Below are positions 26,312 through 49,030 of a stretch of DNA of 64,000 bases, piece by piece. The position numbers and the translations under genes are program-made. Each line of letters begins with the position of its first letter. Position 1 is the stretch's first letter. The stretch comes from Tubulanus polymorphus (lineage: Eukaryota; Animalia; Nemertea). The notes under the pieces were generated by a model. The model saw only the letters and a program-made list of their open reading frames with translations, had not been told where the DNA came from and did not search any database. The stretch lies in the NCBI RefSeq assembly GCF_964204645.1, contig NC_134028.1, forward strand, positions 1,116,001 to 1,180,000, written 5' to 3'.

Positions 26312-29033
26312 ATACAGGTTTCTGTTTCGTGTGATTAAGATTGCACTTTCTCTGTACAATAGGGAGTATAATAATATAACATAATTACACGGGACAGAAC
26401 GGAAGACAAATAGAGAGGAGAATTAATAGTTCATTTAACCATCTAAAACACAAGTCAATTTAACAGAGCTTTCATTTTTTACAAGTTTTAACCTTTGTCT
26501 AAACTATAAACGTAGTGGTTTATTTTCGTAGTTTCAAATCCGTTGATTTAGATGGTTAAAAGCGACGTGTGTAAATAAATAAAAAATTCATGTGAATGAA
26601 ATGAAAATATTCTCTCAATTTCAAACATAAATTTTGCTGATGCGATGATAACTAATAATAATTTTCTCTCATATTTTTTACTGATAATAAACGCAATTAA
26701 TCGCAATTTGATGACAATTACTCTTAAACTTGTGGTTTGAAGACAAATTGCGGGGATATAAATTTGCTTGGCTGGTTTTCATTTCATTGACTGTCTGTAC
26801 ACGATAATGTGAGGCTAACGAAACAATTTTGCTCATGTGGAACAAAACATAGTTTTTTACAACTTGAAAATCGATGCATATTTTATCATTATCGCATTGC
26901 ATATAAAGAGAAGCCATGAATTACGTTTGCAAATAAAAAATCACACTTAAAATAAATGTCGTTTTTCGGCTAATTATGAGTAATGACATAAAATTGTAAC
27001 TTTTCGAATGGTAGCAGTAAATCTGAAAATAGAATTCGATTAAACACTGGTTAATATTGTTGTATCTGTTTTCATGTTTTACAGTTCAGCCAGTGCATTA
27101 GTTAATAGTTCAGATTTACATAGAAACAGCTTCTAATTTCAAATAAATCACAGCAGTCTGAATTCATCGCTAATTCAACCAGTAGTTCAATATATTCCCC
27201 GAGTTCATAAGCCATTGGTTTTTAATTCATCTTATTTTCAATCACTACGCACATAACTCTCGATCAATGTAAACGAAATGGAATTATCTTATATTCAGTC
27301 ATCGCCGGAACGTGTTTACAATTCAAATAGCGGATACAATAAAGAGTGCTGTGGAATCTGTCTAAAAATTTGCAAAATGAAAATTGCCAAATAAAATTCA
27401 AACGGTTTTACATATGATTCAAACAAAAAGGATGAATGACAATGGATATGTGTATATTCAATATAATATATATTTATATATATATATATATGTATATAAT
27501 GTATATATATACCAACAATTGCTGCCAATGCAATAACTACAATGCACTTTTTATTATTCCAATAGTTTCGCTTTTTTATTTGCTGTTTTTCTTAATCATA
27601 ATCGCTGCAGAACTTATAATAGATATGTTGTAAACAGAAATTTTGCACAATCAGTGAGCGCCGCACGCCGTGTGGTAGAGATGTCTGATCGGTAGAAAAT
27701 ATACTCTAGTTTATAATATATAAAATCTTAATATCGTTTATAAAATTCCATAAAACATTTTTGTCATCGTCAATTTTTCTTCCGAGACACAACCGTATTT
27801 TGTAAAAGAAAATCACGTATCAGGTGCTGCTAATAAAAAAACTCAATTGATAAAAACAATATTCGATCTAAAGTACAGGCTGGTATAATTTTACAAGCTG
27901 GTATAATTTTGCACATGAAACAGAGTCTTAAGATTTTTTATCTACGTTGTGCTTAGAAAACACGATTCATGATTTATTTTTCTAAAAATACGCTTCTCCA
28001 GGTAGCGATATTATTACGATTACAACAAACATGGAAATAAAATACATGTTGCCGAAAAGCTTTTCAATTCGCCCAAAATTTCGTAGTCATAAAATGGTCG
28101 TATCTAAATATCTATACAAACTTATTGCGACAATTTGAAACAGAACATATTATTGCATGATTAGGAAATAATTCAGATCGGTAGATTTTTCAAATAAATG
28201 CATTGGGTGTGTTGAAGATTTTAATTAATCTATGCTGACCATAGCAACAACTGGTTTCATTTTCAGTTAATTCAAACTCACTTTTAGGGTTTGAGAGCGA
28301 GAGGGGGGAGAGTATGGTGTAATCGAACAAGATGAAATGATGAATATTCATGAGATAAATAAATGATTGACAGCTGAGAAATCAATATAAAGAAGTGTAC
28401 AAAGGAATTATACAGCAGAAGATTGATTATCCTAAAACAGCAGAAGGTACAATATACGTTAAGCGCACTGATGTCTGAGGCTGCTGCGCTTTTCCTTAAA
28501 GCCTTAAAACGGGAAATCAAAATCATGCCTATTCTAATCGGGTTAGTAAGGATTGAGGAACTGCTCGAAATATAAAAGCTACTTTAATCGGTTCGAATAT
28601 TTCTGCAAACTGACCAGTAAGAACTGAGACCAATTAAATCGGCTAAAACTCATCCTTAACTTCCGATTGAAATAAATATAATCTGATGACCAGAGTTTAA
28701 TGATTAAGATTAGCTTAAGGAAGTCTCAGGCGAATATCAGTAAGGTGTGAAACCCCACGTACAGCGTTTCATAATCATAACAATATCTCTTATCATTATT
28801 CATGTACATTTTTCTCAGTTTCTTTGTTATGTACACGTTGAATATATGTACAAAATTCTCATATAAAAATACGCATTTTTACGAATGCAGGACTATTCAC
28901 AAATCGGTCATTTGGTTGCCGAGCGACGAGCTAACACATCGCCCGCAGCAACGGTGTAAATATGATACGACATAAAATTACACCATGATTACAATAAATA
29001 CATTTATGCGATTACGTCAATTTACAATACCAT

Positions 29034-29037
<4 letters not shown>

Positions 29038-29079
<42 letters not shown>
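29038..29079. repeat. (AAT)n microsatellite in ZMIZ 3' UTR
   Basis: About 14 AAT units. Confidence 0.9.
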
Positions 29080-29082
<3 letters not shown>

Positions 29083-29268
29083 CAGCCTTTACTCCGCACT
29101 TAAAACAATCACTGCGGATCACCTTGTACAAAATGACACACGAACCCTTTGGATTCAATTTAAAATCATTGACATGATTGTGATCGATCGTCCAGTTAAG
29201 TAGAAATAAATAATTTGACCTTAAAAACCATTTACAACTATTTGTTATATTGATCCGTCTGATAAACA

Positions 29269-29400
29269 CGGTCATCAAGAGAGAATGTCTTTGCCCGTGT
29301 CCATCAGCGACCATCAAGAGAGAATGTCCGTGCCCGTGTCCATCAGCGGTCATCAAGAGAGAATGTCTGTGCCATGTCAATCAAGAATGTCTGTGCGTAT
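29269..29400. repeat. 42-bp tandem repeat (~2.5 units)
   Basis: CATCAAGAGAGAATGTC(T/C)..GCCCGTGTCCATCAGCG repeated. Confidence 0.8.
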
Positions 29401-29977
29401 GTCCGTGCAATTTCAACGCAATACTTTCGTCCGTTCGTTCATTTGTATGTACAACAATATCATAGAACATACACAAATACAATCAGCATATATTATATAT
29501 TTACAAACAATTTCATTTTAGAAAATTTTTCTCTGTATTTTTATACGTTTGTGACGACTGACAATCGAATTAATGACACGTGACACGCGATAGTTTGTAG
29601 TGTTCTCTCTCCCGTAACGGCGAGTTCTTCTTGCGAGCGAAGGGCGTGGTGCGGCACGTTTTATTCAACAAATAACTTATAACATTCGACGAGTTTTAGA
29701 ACGCCACGACACTCAAGACATCGAAACAGGCGTACCCCTGTCTCCTACCCCAGGCTGTCTTAGTGACTTTATTATGTTAAAACATCAGCATTTCAGTGCG
29801 GTGAATTCTTCGCTTGATTACGAACATTTGAGTTTTTTTTCTCATTTTTCGCGAGTAAAATATTTTCGTAATAAAATCCATTGCAGTTTTGGTGTAAATG
29901 GCCACATTAAGTGTTTGTTTTTTAACGTATCATTTGTTTTTGGCAAGTACGACGACGACGATAAATATATGAAATCT

Positions 29978-37072
<7,095 letters not shown>

Positions 37073-39859
37073 CTGTAAATATACAAACGAAAACTATTCA
37101 TTAATTCATCGACAAATCTTTGAAAAAACTTCAACCAACTATTTGGAGGAAAACTATAACAGAAATTGTTTTCCTATAGGGAATAGTGGACATATCAATT
37201 TGTAATGATGACGATTTCGTAGATGATACAAAAATCTCATCAGATGCAATCATGTTCTAATCAGTACATGACCCAAATATTAGATCTACATGATGCGCAT
37301 TAATTAGCTGAATGGATTTTAACACCTTCCATGAAATCCAAACATGAATCGAACAAAATCTTTGTTTGATTTCAACACTGCTGTTAGTTCAGCTTATTTC
37401 AACAGTTACCCACAAAATCGGTGTTTGTCCGGTAAGGGAATGTGGACTTGTGCAATTTTAATTAAACACTCAGTCAGTCACTAGCACAGTCATTGAATAT
37501 CGATCCACTTTTTAAGATTTGAAACAGGACCTAAATTTCAACCATAAATAAATCATGAAACATGGTATATATTTCATACATCCCTCCCGACACCTACAAT
37601 GCGCAATCATATCTCATTTCAGTCAATAATTCTTGTATATATTAATAAGTGTTCATGATAGAAACTTCTTTCAGCGTCTAAATTTAGTCGCGATCTGGCC
37701 AGAGGGGTGTCACTTCTGGTTATAAAAAAGGAACAACGCCTTAATATAATTCAACTAACAACCATCAACAAAGTGGTATCCAGTTTATACGCTTTAAATT
37801 ATAAATATAAAGACAAAATAGGTTAAGATTAACTTCATAACTACCTTCCAATGAGAGCAATAATATTTTAGATTACTTTCCGATCATTCCTCTACTTGGA
37901 AATGTAAAAATACACTACTAGTCCAATGAGGAAGTTATGCTTTTAAATGACTTGAGTAAAACCAGTATGTAGGTAAGGGATAAATTCATCCGTGTTTATC
38001 ATCAAGATTTCCCCGTTAATGGATTTCCCCACGACGGATGATAAGATACGTGACATCACAATAACGCATGTCAACGAGTATCCATGTACGCAGTCAACAC
38101 CGAGCGAAATATAACACTATATTATTATAACTGATATAATAAATGGTGTGTTTTAAACGCGTCAGAACAAATAAATACATCTTCTGCAGCTTAATGATCA
38201 ATACTTCTCTCGCTTACGGCTGGAAAAAATGAATTTCATACACGTGCGAAGGTATCCAGTCGTATACAATTATAATCAATGATAGAAAACACTACTGAAA
38301 TATTTCAAGTGAAACGTTTTGTGAAAATAAATAACTGAATCGCGATTGAGAAGAATCAAAACGATCACTGAAAACTTACGTCATAAACGTTCGTGACGTC
38401 GCGCTATTAAATACCATTATTTATTGTTAGATATCGACGTACATCGCCATAACGACAATGACTGTTATTAAGAATCGGGTTTAAACCAATTACTGATTGG
38501 GAGTGGATACTGACGTTAGCGCCACCACGCAGCAGCAGCAGCAGCAGCAGCGGCGGTATCGGTAATCGAGATTTTTTTATTTACGTGCGCCCGTGCTTCG
38601 TCGCTGCACTGACAATTAATCAAGTAAATGATCTCATTACACAGTGCTCCACTCTCAGGGAGAATAACTGTTTTGCGAGACAATCAACCGACGACGCAGT
38701 CTTAAACAGATTTGAATAATTGCTCCGCAGTTCCTAGAAGCAGTTACCATGGTGATGATGGTAGCGGCCGCTCGCTGTTTAAGGTGGTGAAGAGCTACAG
38801 TAACATCTATCGACGATGACTGCTGCTCGCTCGCGCGCGTTCGATCAATCTGTAAAATCTTGATAAAACCTGTCCCGATACACGATACACGGTCTATTCA
38901 ATACTCAGTGTATATCGATTCCCTGTAACCGGTCGGTGGCATTTTGCCATATTTTGTAATTAATTTGTCATAAGACTCCGATGTAAGAAAGAAGACAAAT
39001 CACTATTCAGACGATACTTCTATACACAAATAGGAAAGCAATAATAAGTTGATTTATTCTAATGATTTCTCTGCACTCTATTTCAACGACCGATCGACAA
39101 CCCACACAGCGTAATATCAGTTTCCAACCTACGCGACGACGACTTACTACTCTTTGACACCGGTTAAAATCCCGACAGCATTCAGCATTTCCGAAAACAC
39201 AAATCATCATCGGGGTGCAGTTGATTACGGCTGATTTAAAGCGTAGGCAGGCGCGTGGAGGCGGTTAAACTGACAACTGAGATGATCTGTGACATACCAA
39301 TCTTCTCATAAACTTGTCATTAACTTAAATGTCTTTGCGAACCTTCATAACGAACTCTGTACGTTGACTCAATAGAATAATTAACAGATTACATACATGA
39401 CAATGTTTCTCAACTAACAATTGGATAATTTAACCTCTTAGAAAATCTGTATAATTGGGCAGAAACCACTCCACTATTAACTAACCAAATGATTTATTAC
39501 ACTTCGTAGAACCAACAAAAACCTTTCTATTTTCAATTGTATTCAAATAGAGAGTATTTGTAGATTGGCCTTCACAACACAAGTGGTGAACAGAAGTCAC
39601 AGATGACTGACACGATGCATGTTAACAATAATACCCACCACATCCAAGCTGACCTCTAAAGCCAGTACATGTTCACGACTGGTAAATTACATAAGTGATT
39701 GTTGTATCGATCACCTGAACAACAAGTCAATATCATTGACCATCTATTCAGCTAGTGCTGCCACCTAGAAAGAAGCTTTATAAATCTAGTACGTGATATC
39801 CGATATTGTTTCACCGATTTTGTACGATCAGAGAATGGATTAAAAAGCGACCCGTAACC

Positions 39860-39949
39860 GGGACCATTTTCCATTATAGAAATAGCATTGAAAATCTATC
39901 TAGAGGGACCATTTTCCATTATAGAAATAGCATTGAAAATCTATCTAGA
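39860..39949. repeat. Perfect ~45-bp direct tandem duplication
   Basis: GGGACCATTTTCCATTATAGAAATAGCATTGAAAATCTATCTAGA occurs twice. Confidence 0.88.
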
Positions 39950-42900
39950 TATCGTTACAGTGACATAACGCAATTATCCAACAACTGAGTCTTAAAACAT
40001 CAGTGCACACTGATATCTATCTATGTACTGTGTTTGGTATTGATCAAACATGATATTAATCGCTCAGTGTTTCTCCCTGCTGCCATATATATATATACAC
40101 TGATGTTCATTCCTATCTCTACTGAGTGGAGACTTGTACGTTGTTTAATTGTGGAATGAATCTCACAGACAGATGGTTTAATAGCGCACGCACGCGAGGA
40201 GATGATGTCTCTCGATCTGTGCCTTCGAGCCATTGTCATTTAATATACACAGCGTTGTCGTCGTGAGGAAGGGTTTTCCTTTCATTATTATTTTGTTCTC
40301 GCGGCGATATCAGAACTATTGAAACTTAGTACATCTTCGGCGTTATTACCGATGACTACTTTACCACGAACACCTCCAGCATATACACCGGCGTAGAAAG
40401 GTCATCTAATAGATCAAATCACTGATTCCGGGCAAATTTAAGTTACTAGTGAACTTTTTCAACACACATCAATTTCTATTGTCTTGAAGAAGATGTAGAA
40501 AGGTGCGTGATCTAGCAGTGTCCTTTTGTGGGTAAATAAGACAGTGTGTTACATTGTTAGGAGGAGTCGAGGGAATGGTTGCTAGGCACTTGATGAGCAT
40601 TCTTTGATCAAATGATATCATTTTTATCTACCGATGATCTGATTGGGCTCTGATTGGACTCACGACTGAGATGCATTTTTCAGTTTAGCCGCGATTATTC
40701 AAATAAAATAGGCGCCGATTCTTTTCAGACTCAAACCCAAGTGTCACACGTGTAACAACCACTTAGTCGAGAAGATCCACAAAATACTTGAGAAATTCCG
40801 CAATTATTCAGCAAAAAAAATTAAAGTTCTTGGATAGAAATGTGTATATAGTACGCCTGATGTTTTTAGCCGAAACATTGCTCGAAATATATTCATATAC
40901 ACTGGTATTCAAGAACGTTTCATCTGTTACTGAATTTACTGCGAGATTTCTCTAATGTAAGAACCGAATGTTCATCAGTGAAATGATCACAAATGATTAT
41001 TTTAAACTCGGTTCAATCTATAACTATGTATCGTCATCACTCTCGAGGTTTACGACTGGAGGTAACATATTATTTCTACCTATCACCGACGAATGGACAT
41101 CGACTTGACGACCGTCGAGGGACGAACGAACGAACGACATCGATGCTATAAAGCGGCCATTAGTGCAGCATGTGATGTGTAATGAGAGTCGACTATCAGA
41201 GAGTCTTCTCTAAACTATCGATATTTAAATATTTAACATATCGAACGCTACATTCACCGAGCAAGTAGTTTATCCGCATGAAGTCGACGTAACAGTTTTT
41301 GCTGCCGATTCAATAATAAGCTACAATAATCACACGTTCTATTTCACAAAAAACTCCACCTTTTTCTCATCATTTACAAGAATCTGATTACCGAAAAATT
41401 CATCAGAAATAAAGATCACAGCTTGTAAAATATACGGGGAGATGGTTTATAATTGAACGATAAAATCTGCTGCTGTCGAGTGTTGAGTGGAATAGCGGGG
41501 CACTGAGTACATAACATCGGTCGTCATAAACAATTCAACACCAGAAACATTTGACAGCATTACATCCTCTACCGAGAAACAAGGTATCAACACTAAACTA
41601 TAAAATTGCCATCAAGCTTGCAGCTAATTAGATATATTCAACCTTACGTACCCGTTGTTCAGCGGGACCAGAGGTAATGCGTTCCTGAGTAAAATCTAAT
41701 CTACATTTGTAAGTTGTTTACAAAGTTTATCCTAAGTGAAGTGAAAGAAGAAGGCATTAATTTGATGAACCTCGAAGGAAATAGTTTAGTTAGAGGCTAT
41801 TATAGCTTCGACAGTAATTCGGGAAGTCTGGTTTATAATAACGCGACTTCTATTTCTCAGATCGAGCTCGCTGTAAGGAACATACAGGGGTTTAATCGCC
41901 ATCATTTTTTTCTATCTCGTTCATATCGCGTGTGTGTCTCTAGCTGAAATATGTCACGGATGAAAATAAATCATCATCGCCGGCTCGCGGTGTATTAAAG
42001 CCGGTAGGTTGTGCATTGAGTTAACTCGCTATTGACAATCCGCACAGGTTTGCGCGGATAATTGCCTGCACGGAGCAAGACGTTTCTGATTGATGCGATT
42101 CTGCCGTTCTTATTATTGATCGAAAGAGAAGAGTGGCAAGAGAGCACACACATTCACCGCTGCTAACATGACACCCGCATCGCTGTGCCACCGAGAAAAA
42201 CATACTCTTGTAAAGGCCGCGCTTTGTTATTGCGCGCACACGGAAAATGGCTTCCAATTGGCGAAAATATGGCACTAGTCATCTCTCTCCGAGCTGAGCA
42301 CCTAACTGGCTATTTAAGCGCGTAATATCAACAATCCGATAAACGATAAGAAAGCCATTAAAATACCACCTCTCACCAAACAGTTTATTCAGCAATCACT
42401 GCAGAGAAAAACAGAGTTTCAAATCACTGAGGATCGGGGTAATTACGCTGACAACTAATATCAGGTCAGAATCCACACAAATGAAAGATGGTGTCACGAG
42501 TAACGAGCTGAAAATGAACGCACTCGATCTCATCTCAATTATAGTTATCGATATAATTCACAGATTTTCAGATATCAGACCAAATTATGAGATATCAATA
42601 ATAGATTCGAACGATCAGTCTACCTGGAACGATCATTTTGAGGAAATCGAATAGATAAGCGTCAAATCAGGGTCAGCACAGGTTTTATATACAATAGGAT
42701 TTCCACAAACTGCGGCATCATCAAAACACTTCATGGAATCAGGAATAATGATAATACAGAATCTATTCCACGAAAATCTCATTTTTTAATGATACCGGAA
42801 ATATATAGTCGGTTGTCACTTCTGCGTAATTCTGAGAACAAGTCGCTGAGACACAGCGATGGAACATACTACTTCAATCATTTCTCTCTGCAAATAACAG

Positions 42901-45900
42901 AAGCCGAAGGTCATAAAACCATTGATGATGCTCGGATCGTTGAGAGATTGTAGTGAATGGATTTTCAGTACTATGATCAGCAGACCGTAGTTGATCTTTC
43001 CTCTTAAGTAGATGTATGACGTTTATCATGCACTAATGCATCAACTTCCTGCTTTTGAACATCACTGTACTGAACATTACTGCACTCTCCGGCGCTGTTA
43101 CATAATTGTTTATGAGATCACTGTTCATGGGTTCACTGTTCATGAGATCACTGTTCCTGGGACCATTTTTAAGATGGCTGGTTTTCTTCCAGAGTGGTAT
43201 TGCTTTTACTAACAACTTTCACCACTCCACTATTTCCCAAAAATCTGATAAAATATTTCTAATATCGTTACGATTCGATAAGACCAACTAAGAATGAACA
43301 GGTACGCCATCTGGTGGGATACCAATTCTCTATTTCGACGAGTACATCGCAGAACTCTACAGGAAATGACCACCCCGTAAATTGGGTTATGTTTAAACAA
43401 TCATTTCATTATGAAATTAAGTCACTAAACAGTGAATTCAAATCAAGAGGCACCGACTCTAATCACAGTTAATGCGCTTTAACATCACAGATGTTTTAAC
43501 TACACCACAAATGCGCAACAATAGAACCAATAATATGCAAATTTGATTACTGGTTGCCGTTGGTAATGTATGAATCTGTACTAAGAGTTAATAGAGCACA
43601 TGTCGTTGCGGCGGTTGTCGTGTGAGATATATCTGTATTTATATAATACACTGATATTAATCAATCTAATATTCTGCTACTCGGTAACCATCATCAGTAC
43701 CGGAGTGAGCTAGCTACTGTCACCGCGCCGCCTCGCGTGGCGTAAATCGCCACTCTCACTGTTCGATCTGATTGCTCAACTCTAGTGTATGTCATACACA
43801 ACAACAGGTTTACCAACGATGTGGACATTCGATAAATTAGATATTAAGGCTGCGTCTATGAATTCATTGTTTTACTATGAAATGTACGCATGCTCTGATG
43901 ACATATTCAAACACATTACTGCAATCTCTATAAATTCATATTGTTTATGTATTTTCGAAATCCAATGTTTTTTACATAATCTACTAATAAATATTTGACC
44001 TTATATTCGAATAATTCACAACTGAACGTCGAAACCATCGTATTTCGAAAGCGTCTTGAACTAGGGACATATTTCGTCGGTTGTGATGTGTATATTATTA
44101 CTTCACGCCGATTACAACTGATTTGACGTGTGAACTGAACTTTGATTTTAGCGTACCCTCTATTTAACGGTGTCTGTCTGGCTGGTTAACAACTACTTAT
44201 AGCAAATCGAATACAGCATAATAATTTGATGTATAGGAGTTGATTAAATCAAAATGACAGTTGGTGACAGAGAACTGTAGCATCTGTACTATAAATACAG
44301 TGCAATAACAGATAGAATGCCATCATCGAGTCGATAGCGTTTAGTAGCGAGTAACAGATTGCGAGTATTTGGCAAATAGTTTTAACATGATGAAGTCACA
44401 AGATAATTTCAACAATAGACAATTGATATTCACAACTGGAAAATTCTAACAAAAGCGTCAGTCTAAGTCTCTCATAAATCTAATAATCTTAATAAGAATC
44501 GCCACACTATGATATATCGATAGAGATCCACTAATTAGTAACGCTTCGAGACATTCAAAGAATGCTGGATTATTTCGAGATATTTCATTTATTCGATTGT
44601 ATTCCGATTAAGATTTACACTTCAAAACCATAAAGGTATATAATCTTAATGATTACATTAGGAAGGTGTCACTGATTTCAGAAACAGACTGAACGCAACC
44701 AATTGAAAAAGGACAGGGAAACATAGTACAGAGAATAACAAATCCCTTTCATTATCAATAGATTGGAAGCACACCAAAGGAAGTCAATATGCACCATAGG
44801 GCTTACATAGATAATACTAGACAGTTGTCAAGTGGTCTACCATTATCAGGCATAATATACCAATAACAAGCAATTACAGTAAAGAATGTACAAGATAGTG
44901 ACGTGCCTGGCACCGGTAAATGTGAAGCCAATAGTGACAGCGTTTACAAAATCGGCATTCACTGTTTAGTTCTCTGGAGTTCAGTACAAATTGGCCCTTT
45001 GACACGTAATTACATAGTCTATTCAAGGAAATAAACCCACGAGCACACCGCGCCAATTTATACCGCCTTAACAACAAATAATACCATCGAGTGCTATTAG
45101 GAAATCAAAAGACGCGATTCAAATATTGAAAGGCGATATTAAGCGCTAAAGGTAACAATGCACCTAACAGAACGAGTACAGTTTACTTACACAGCGAGGA
45201 GTTCCGCAGAAGTACCGTTAATATCCATGGTTGACATGACACTGGTGCTGCATTACATCGCCAAGGAAACAATAACGTTTATTGGTATGATTGTTACTAC
45301 GGTATCACAGCCGCACGCCTCAGTCGAGAGCAGTGAGCGAGTCGTTCTAATCAATATCAATGAACAGCCAATGCATTCTTATGAATATTCACGTCGACCT
45401 CTGAACTTCGAGGCCACGTGGAGAACAAACACGGTACTTAACTTACAAATCGAGCAGCATCAAGCTCTCACGGATCAAGCCGGTGATTTGGAAGCGTGGT
45501 AATGTGGCAGTGCGGTGTCAGCGATCATAGTCTACTAATACCTAATAACAACCCGGTTTACTCTCATACGTTCAGCCCTTCCTTACAGTTCTATTAAACC
45601 ATTAACAACGTGTGGATTTCAAACAGATGTTCACTACAAATGACACCGGTGGCTTCCATGATTGTCAAAATGTCATATATGTCTCTAAGTCTAGTGATTA
45701 TTCACAACTCGCTACGAGATAATTGAAACATGAAATATATTTCCTTTTAGTTCACGATTGATTCTCGTTGTTTTGACTTTATCCTAAAAGTCATATTCAG
45801 CGGGTATACTTATAAAGAATAGTTAGAATGTATACAATCAGACTTAACTAATGATAAGATGGTATCAGTACTAATTCAGTATTCCTGACTATCGGAATAT

Positions 45901-48587
45901 CATCAAAATGTCAAAAATTAAATAAAGAACGAAATGCTACTTTTTTAGACTTATGTTTCTTTCAGAATGCGGGAAATAAGAAAATTAGCTTATTGTCATT
46001 ATTCAGATTTACGAACGACTAAATTTCATTTTCTCTGTAGTAGACCTACCTAACCTTGAATCGGCCACAATTATGATTCACCCAATCAATCGACCAATTA
46101 ATACATACATCATGTTTGTCAAGGTTGACTTAATTAGATTTATCACGAAGGAACTGATGTCATCTCTTCACAAACTCAAGTGATAAGAATATCAAATAGT
46201 ATGTTTGTGGCAAGGTTCGTAAAAAAAAAAAACTTTCGTCAATTTCTAAGTAGTTTTCCCCATTTTTTCAGGTCAAATATAAGTGAAATTCATTTTCTGA
46301 ATTGTTTTCACACCTGCACAACTTGATGAAATAACAAACAACATTCAATGCATTGTTCAGGAATTTTAAAAAGATCAAGTGAGACTCCTTACAAGAAGGT
46401 GCTGCCATCTACAAGTCAATAGGTAAACTAGTTAGTGTACTGTTATTTTCCACAAGTTACCTAAACTCATTCTCTAATGTGTGGCACGGTGCACATTTTC
46501 ACGCAAATGAATTATCACAAAATAATCAAATCATTTCGATATATTGGATCCTGAATAAGACGATCACTGATATAATGAATATATATCACACTTGACATAT
46601 AGCGCTATTGTGTTCTTTCTTCTCTCATATTACCGGCCTCAATACTGGATCAATATCGCCGTATTTACTTAAACAAATTTCTATTATCAACACTCCAGGC
46701 GACCAAAACAGTTCATTAAGTGCAACTGAACAATTTTCGATCTATCGAATACCAAGATTATCATTAACCATTTGTACATATAAAAACAGAATGTGAAATG
46801 TAAATTGATTCCTATTGAAGGACTCCGTTAGTTAATACAGGTTGATAGAAATTACTATTTTAAACGAATCAAATACTATTGTTATCAAAGAAAATATGAA
46901 AATTCTAAATCGAATGAGAAAATATCAAGCGGATAGAAAGAATCTTTTCTAATTAATAGCTGCTGCAATCCTGATATCGAAGGAAAAAAAAAAAACATTC
47001 TAAACCTTTTAGGAAGTATCTCAATCACGATAAAGGAAATTTTCCATAAAACTGATTAAAAAAATAGAATTACCATTTCTGCGATTTGTCCGTAGAATAT
47101 AATCTTTTAGCAGCCGTAATCAAAGACAATTTTACTATAAGTAATTGAAAAGACTCGACAGCACTTTCAGTACAGATATAATAATACCACTGATACACAC
47201 ACACATATATATACACATAGTCAATTCAATTCCATTCATTCTTCTATTGATCATGATTTATTATTTGGAAGCATGTTTAAGTAAATAGAGATTAGAACGG
47301 ACAAAGTGAAGCGCACTGATCTGTATAGAGCCTAATCTTATTACAAAATAAAGAGGTGTCAAGTGCTAAAACATTTCTAGAACTCGAGCCGAATATCTGA
47401 CATAAACAATAGCCATATTACTAGCATATTACTCTTCAACAAAATTCGCCCAAAAAAAAAAACAAATGAAAATCTAAGCAGGTACTTCAAATTAACAATA
47501 ATCTACACGCAATTTACACTTAAAATGCCTTCACAGTAAGAGTTAATAAACGTAGTTCAGCCCTAGTAAATACAATCAATTATAAAGCAATATTTTGACA
47601 GACACCTGCGTAACTAACAATACTGTGAACGTTCAAAAATAACAATTATATCGATGATGATTATATGTTTGAACTGCTGATAATGTAAATACAATTGATA
47701 AGCACTTATCGCATACCATATATCAGCTGCAACTTAGGATTATAACGCAAGCGCGTACCGGGGTAAGCATCAGAGAGATAACAGCGAGATATTATCTCAT
47801 AATGATGAAAATGAACAGGTGGACAGGTAAAAAATGTTCTAATTCTTTATTTTATGAACTGAATGTTCAGTAGGTAAAGCGCAAACTATCGGCACTCCTG
47901 ACTACGATATATTTGTCTATTGATGACACATGACATTTCACAGAATTATCAGAAACGCAGCCCGCGCTGCAACTGGAATTTGATAAATCGACTCATGACA
48001 TTCAGAATTAATTCATTCACAAAGGTATCATTCAATCATATATCGCAAGCGCCAAAACTATGTAGGTGTATCGCACCAGTGTAGGTGTCTGTCTGTAGAG
48101 AGAGAGATCGGTACATCAATTCAATCCTACGAAATTCCGATGATTTATTTACTCGCTAGTTTTCTTTTCTTATCGAGGTTGGCTGCGGTTTTTTGTTTAT
48201 TTATTTGTATTACAAATAGACAACATCGGGATCAGTATGAGAAAACTATAAATGCAGCAGTCATCTCGATCAATTTGTATGGCTATCACGCACTACAGGC
48301 TTTGCAATTAATGGATACAGACTATCTGACCTTTCTGGTGAGAACCAGTACCATACAGAAGTGACTAATTACTTGATGCACTATTGACTAGTTTCGCCTC
48401 TGATTTATTTATACCGTTTTCTTTCTGTATTTCTATATAATACAGGTGCGTATATCACAGCGCTGGCGAGAGAGCGGTGAGAGCGGTGAGAGCAGTGAGA
48501 GTGGGGTAAACTCAGTATATACAACAACATAACACCCGATTTGTCTGAACGCCTTCGAGCTTATTCACGAGAAATTGTATCAAAATA

Positions 48588-48619
<32 letters not shown>

Positions 48620-48915
48620 CTACTCTCTTCGCCTAGTGATGATTCTAAACCGCCAGAGGTGACCAATTTACGATTTATGATCAGCAGCGGGTAGACTACA
48701 CCGAGTCAGCTATATGATCATCTCGATGCGCTGGTAAAGCAATCTGAATTGATAAACAGCATTATGAAATGTTGCCACTTGACTTGATATTGCAGCAGCA
48801 GCAGCAGCAGCGTGTGGATAAAACTTAAATATATCAAATAAAACAATAACACAGTAGGAAACCAACTCTTGTCACTGTCAATAAACCACTGACAATATCG
48901 AGATACCTTAAAACC

Positions 48916-49030
48916 CCAGGGGCCGGTTGCACAGTCATGGCTTAGACTTAAGACCAGTCTAAGACCAACTTAGTTCTATAGACCAGTCTTAAGATTTAAG
49001 CCCACTTTTTGACTCAAGTCACGACTGTGC
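48916..49030. mobile_element. MITE-like element, right end truncated, flanked by 8-bp direct repeat
   Basis: GCACAGTCATGGCTT ... AAGTCACGACTGTGC inverted ends; TTAAAACC at 48908-48915 and 49031-49038. Confidence 0.6.

Noticed and set aside
28985-29583. Cys-rich and poly-Ile/Tyr small ORFs (RECPCPCPSA)
   Set aside because: Products of the (AAT)n and 42-bp repeats in the ZMIZ 3' region; no splice or domain support.
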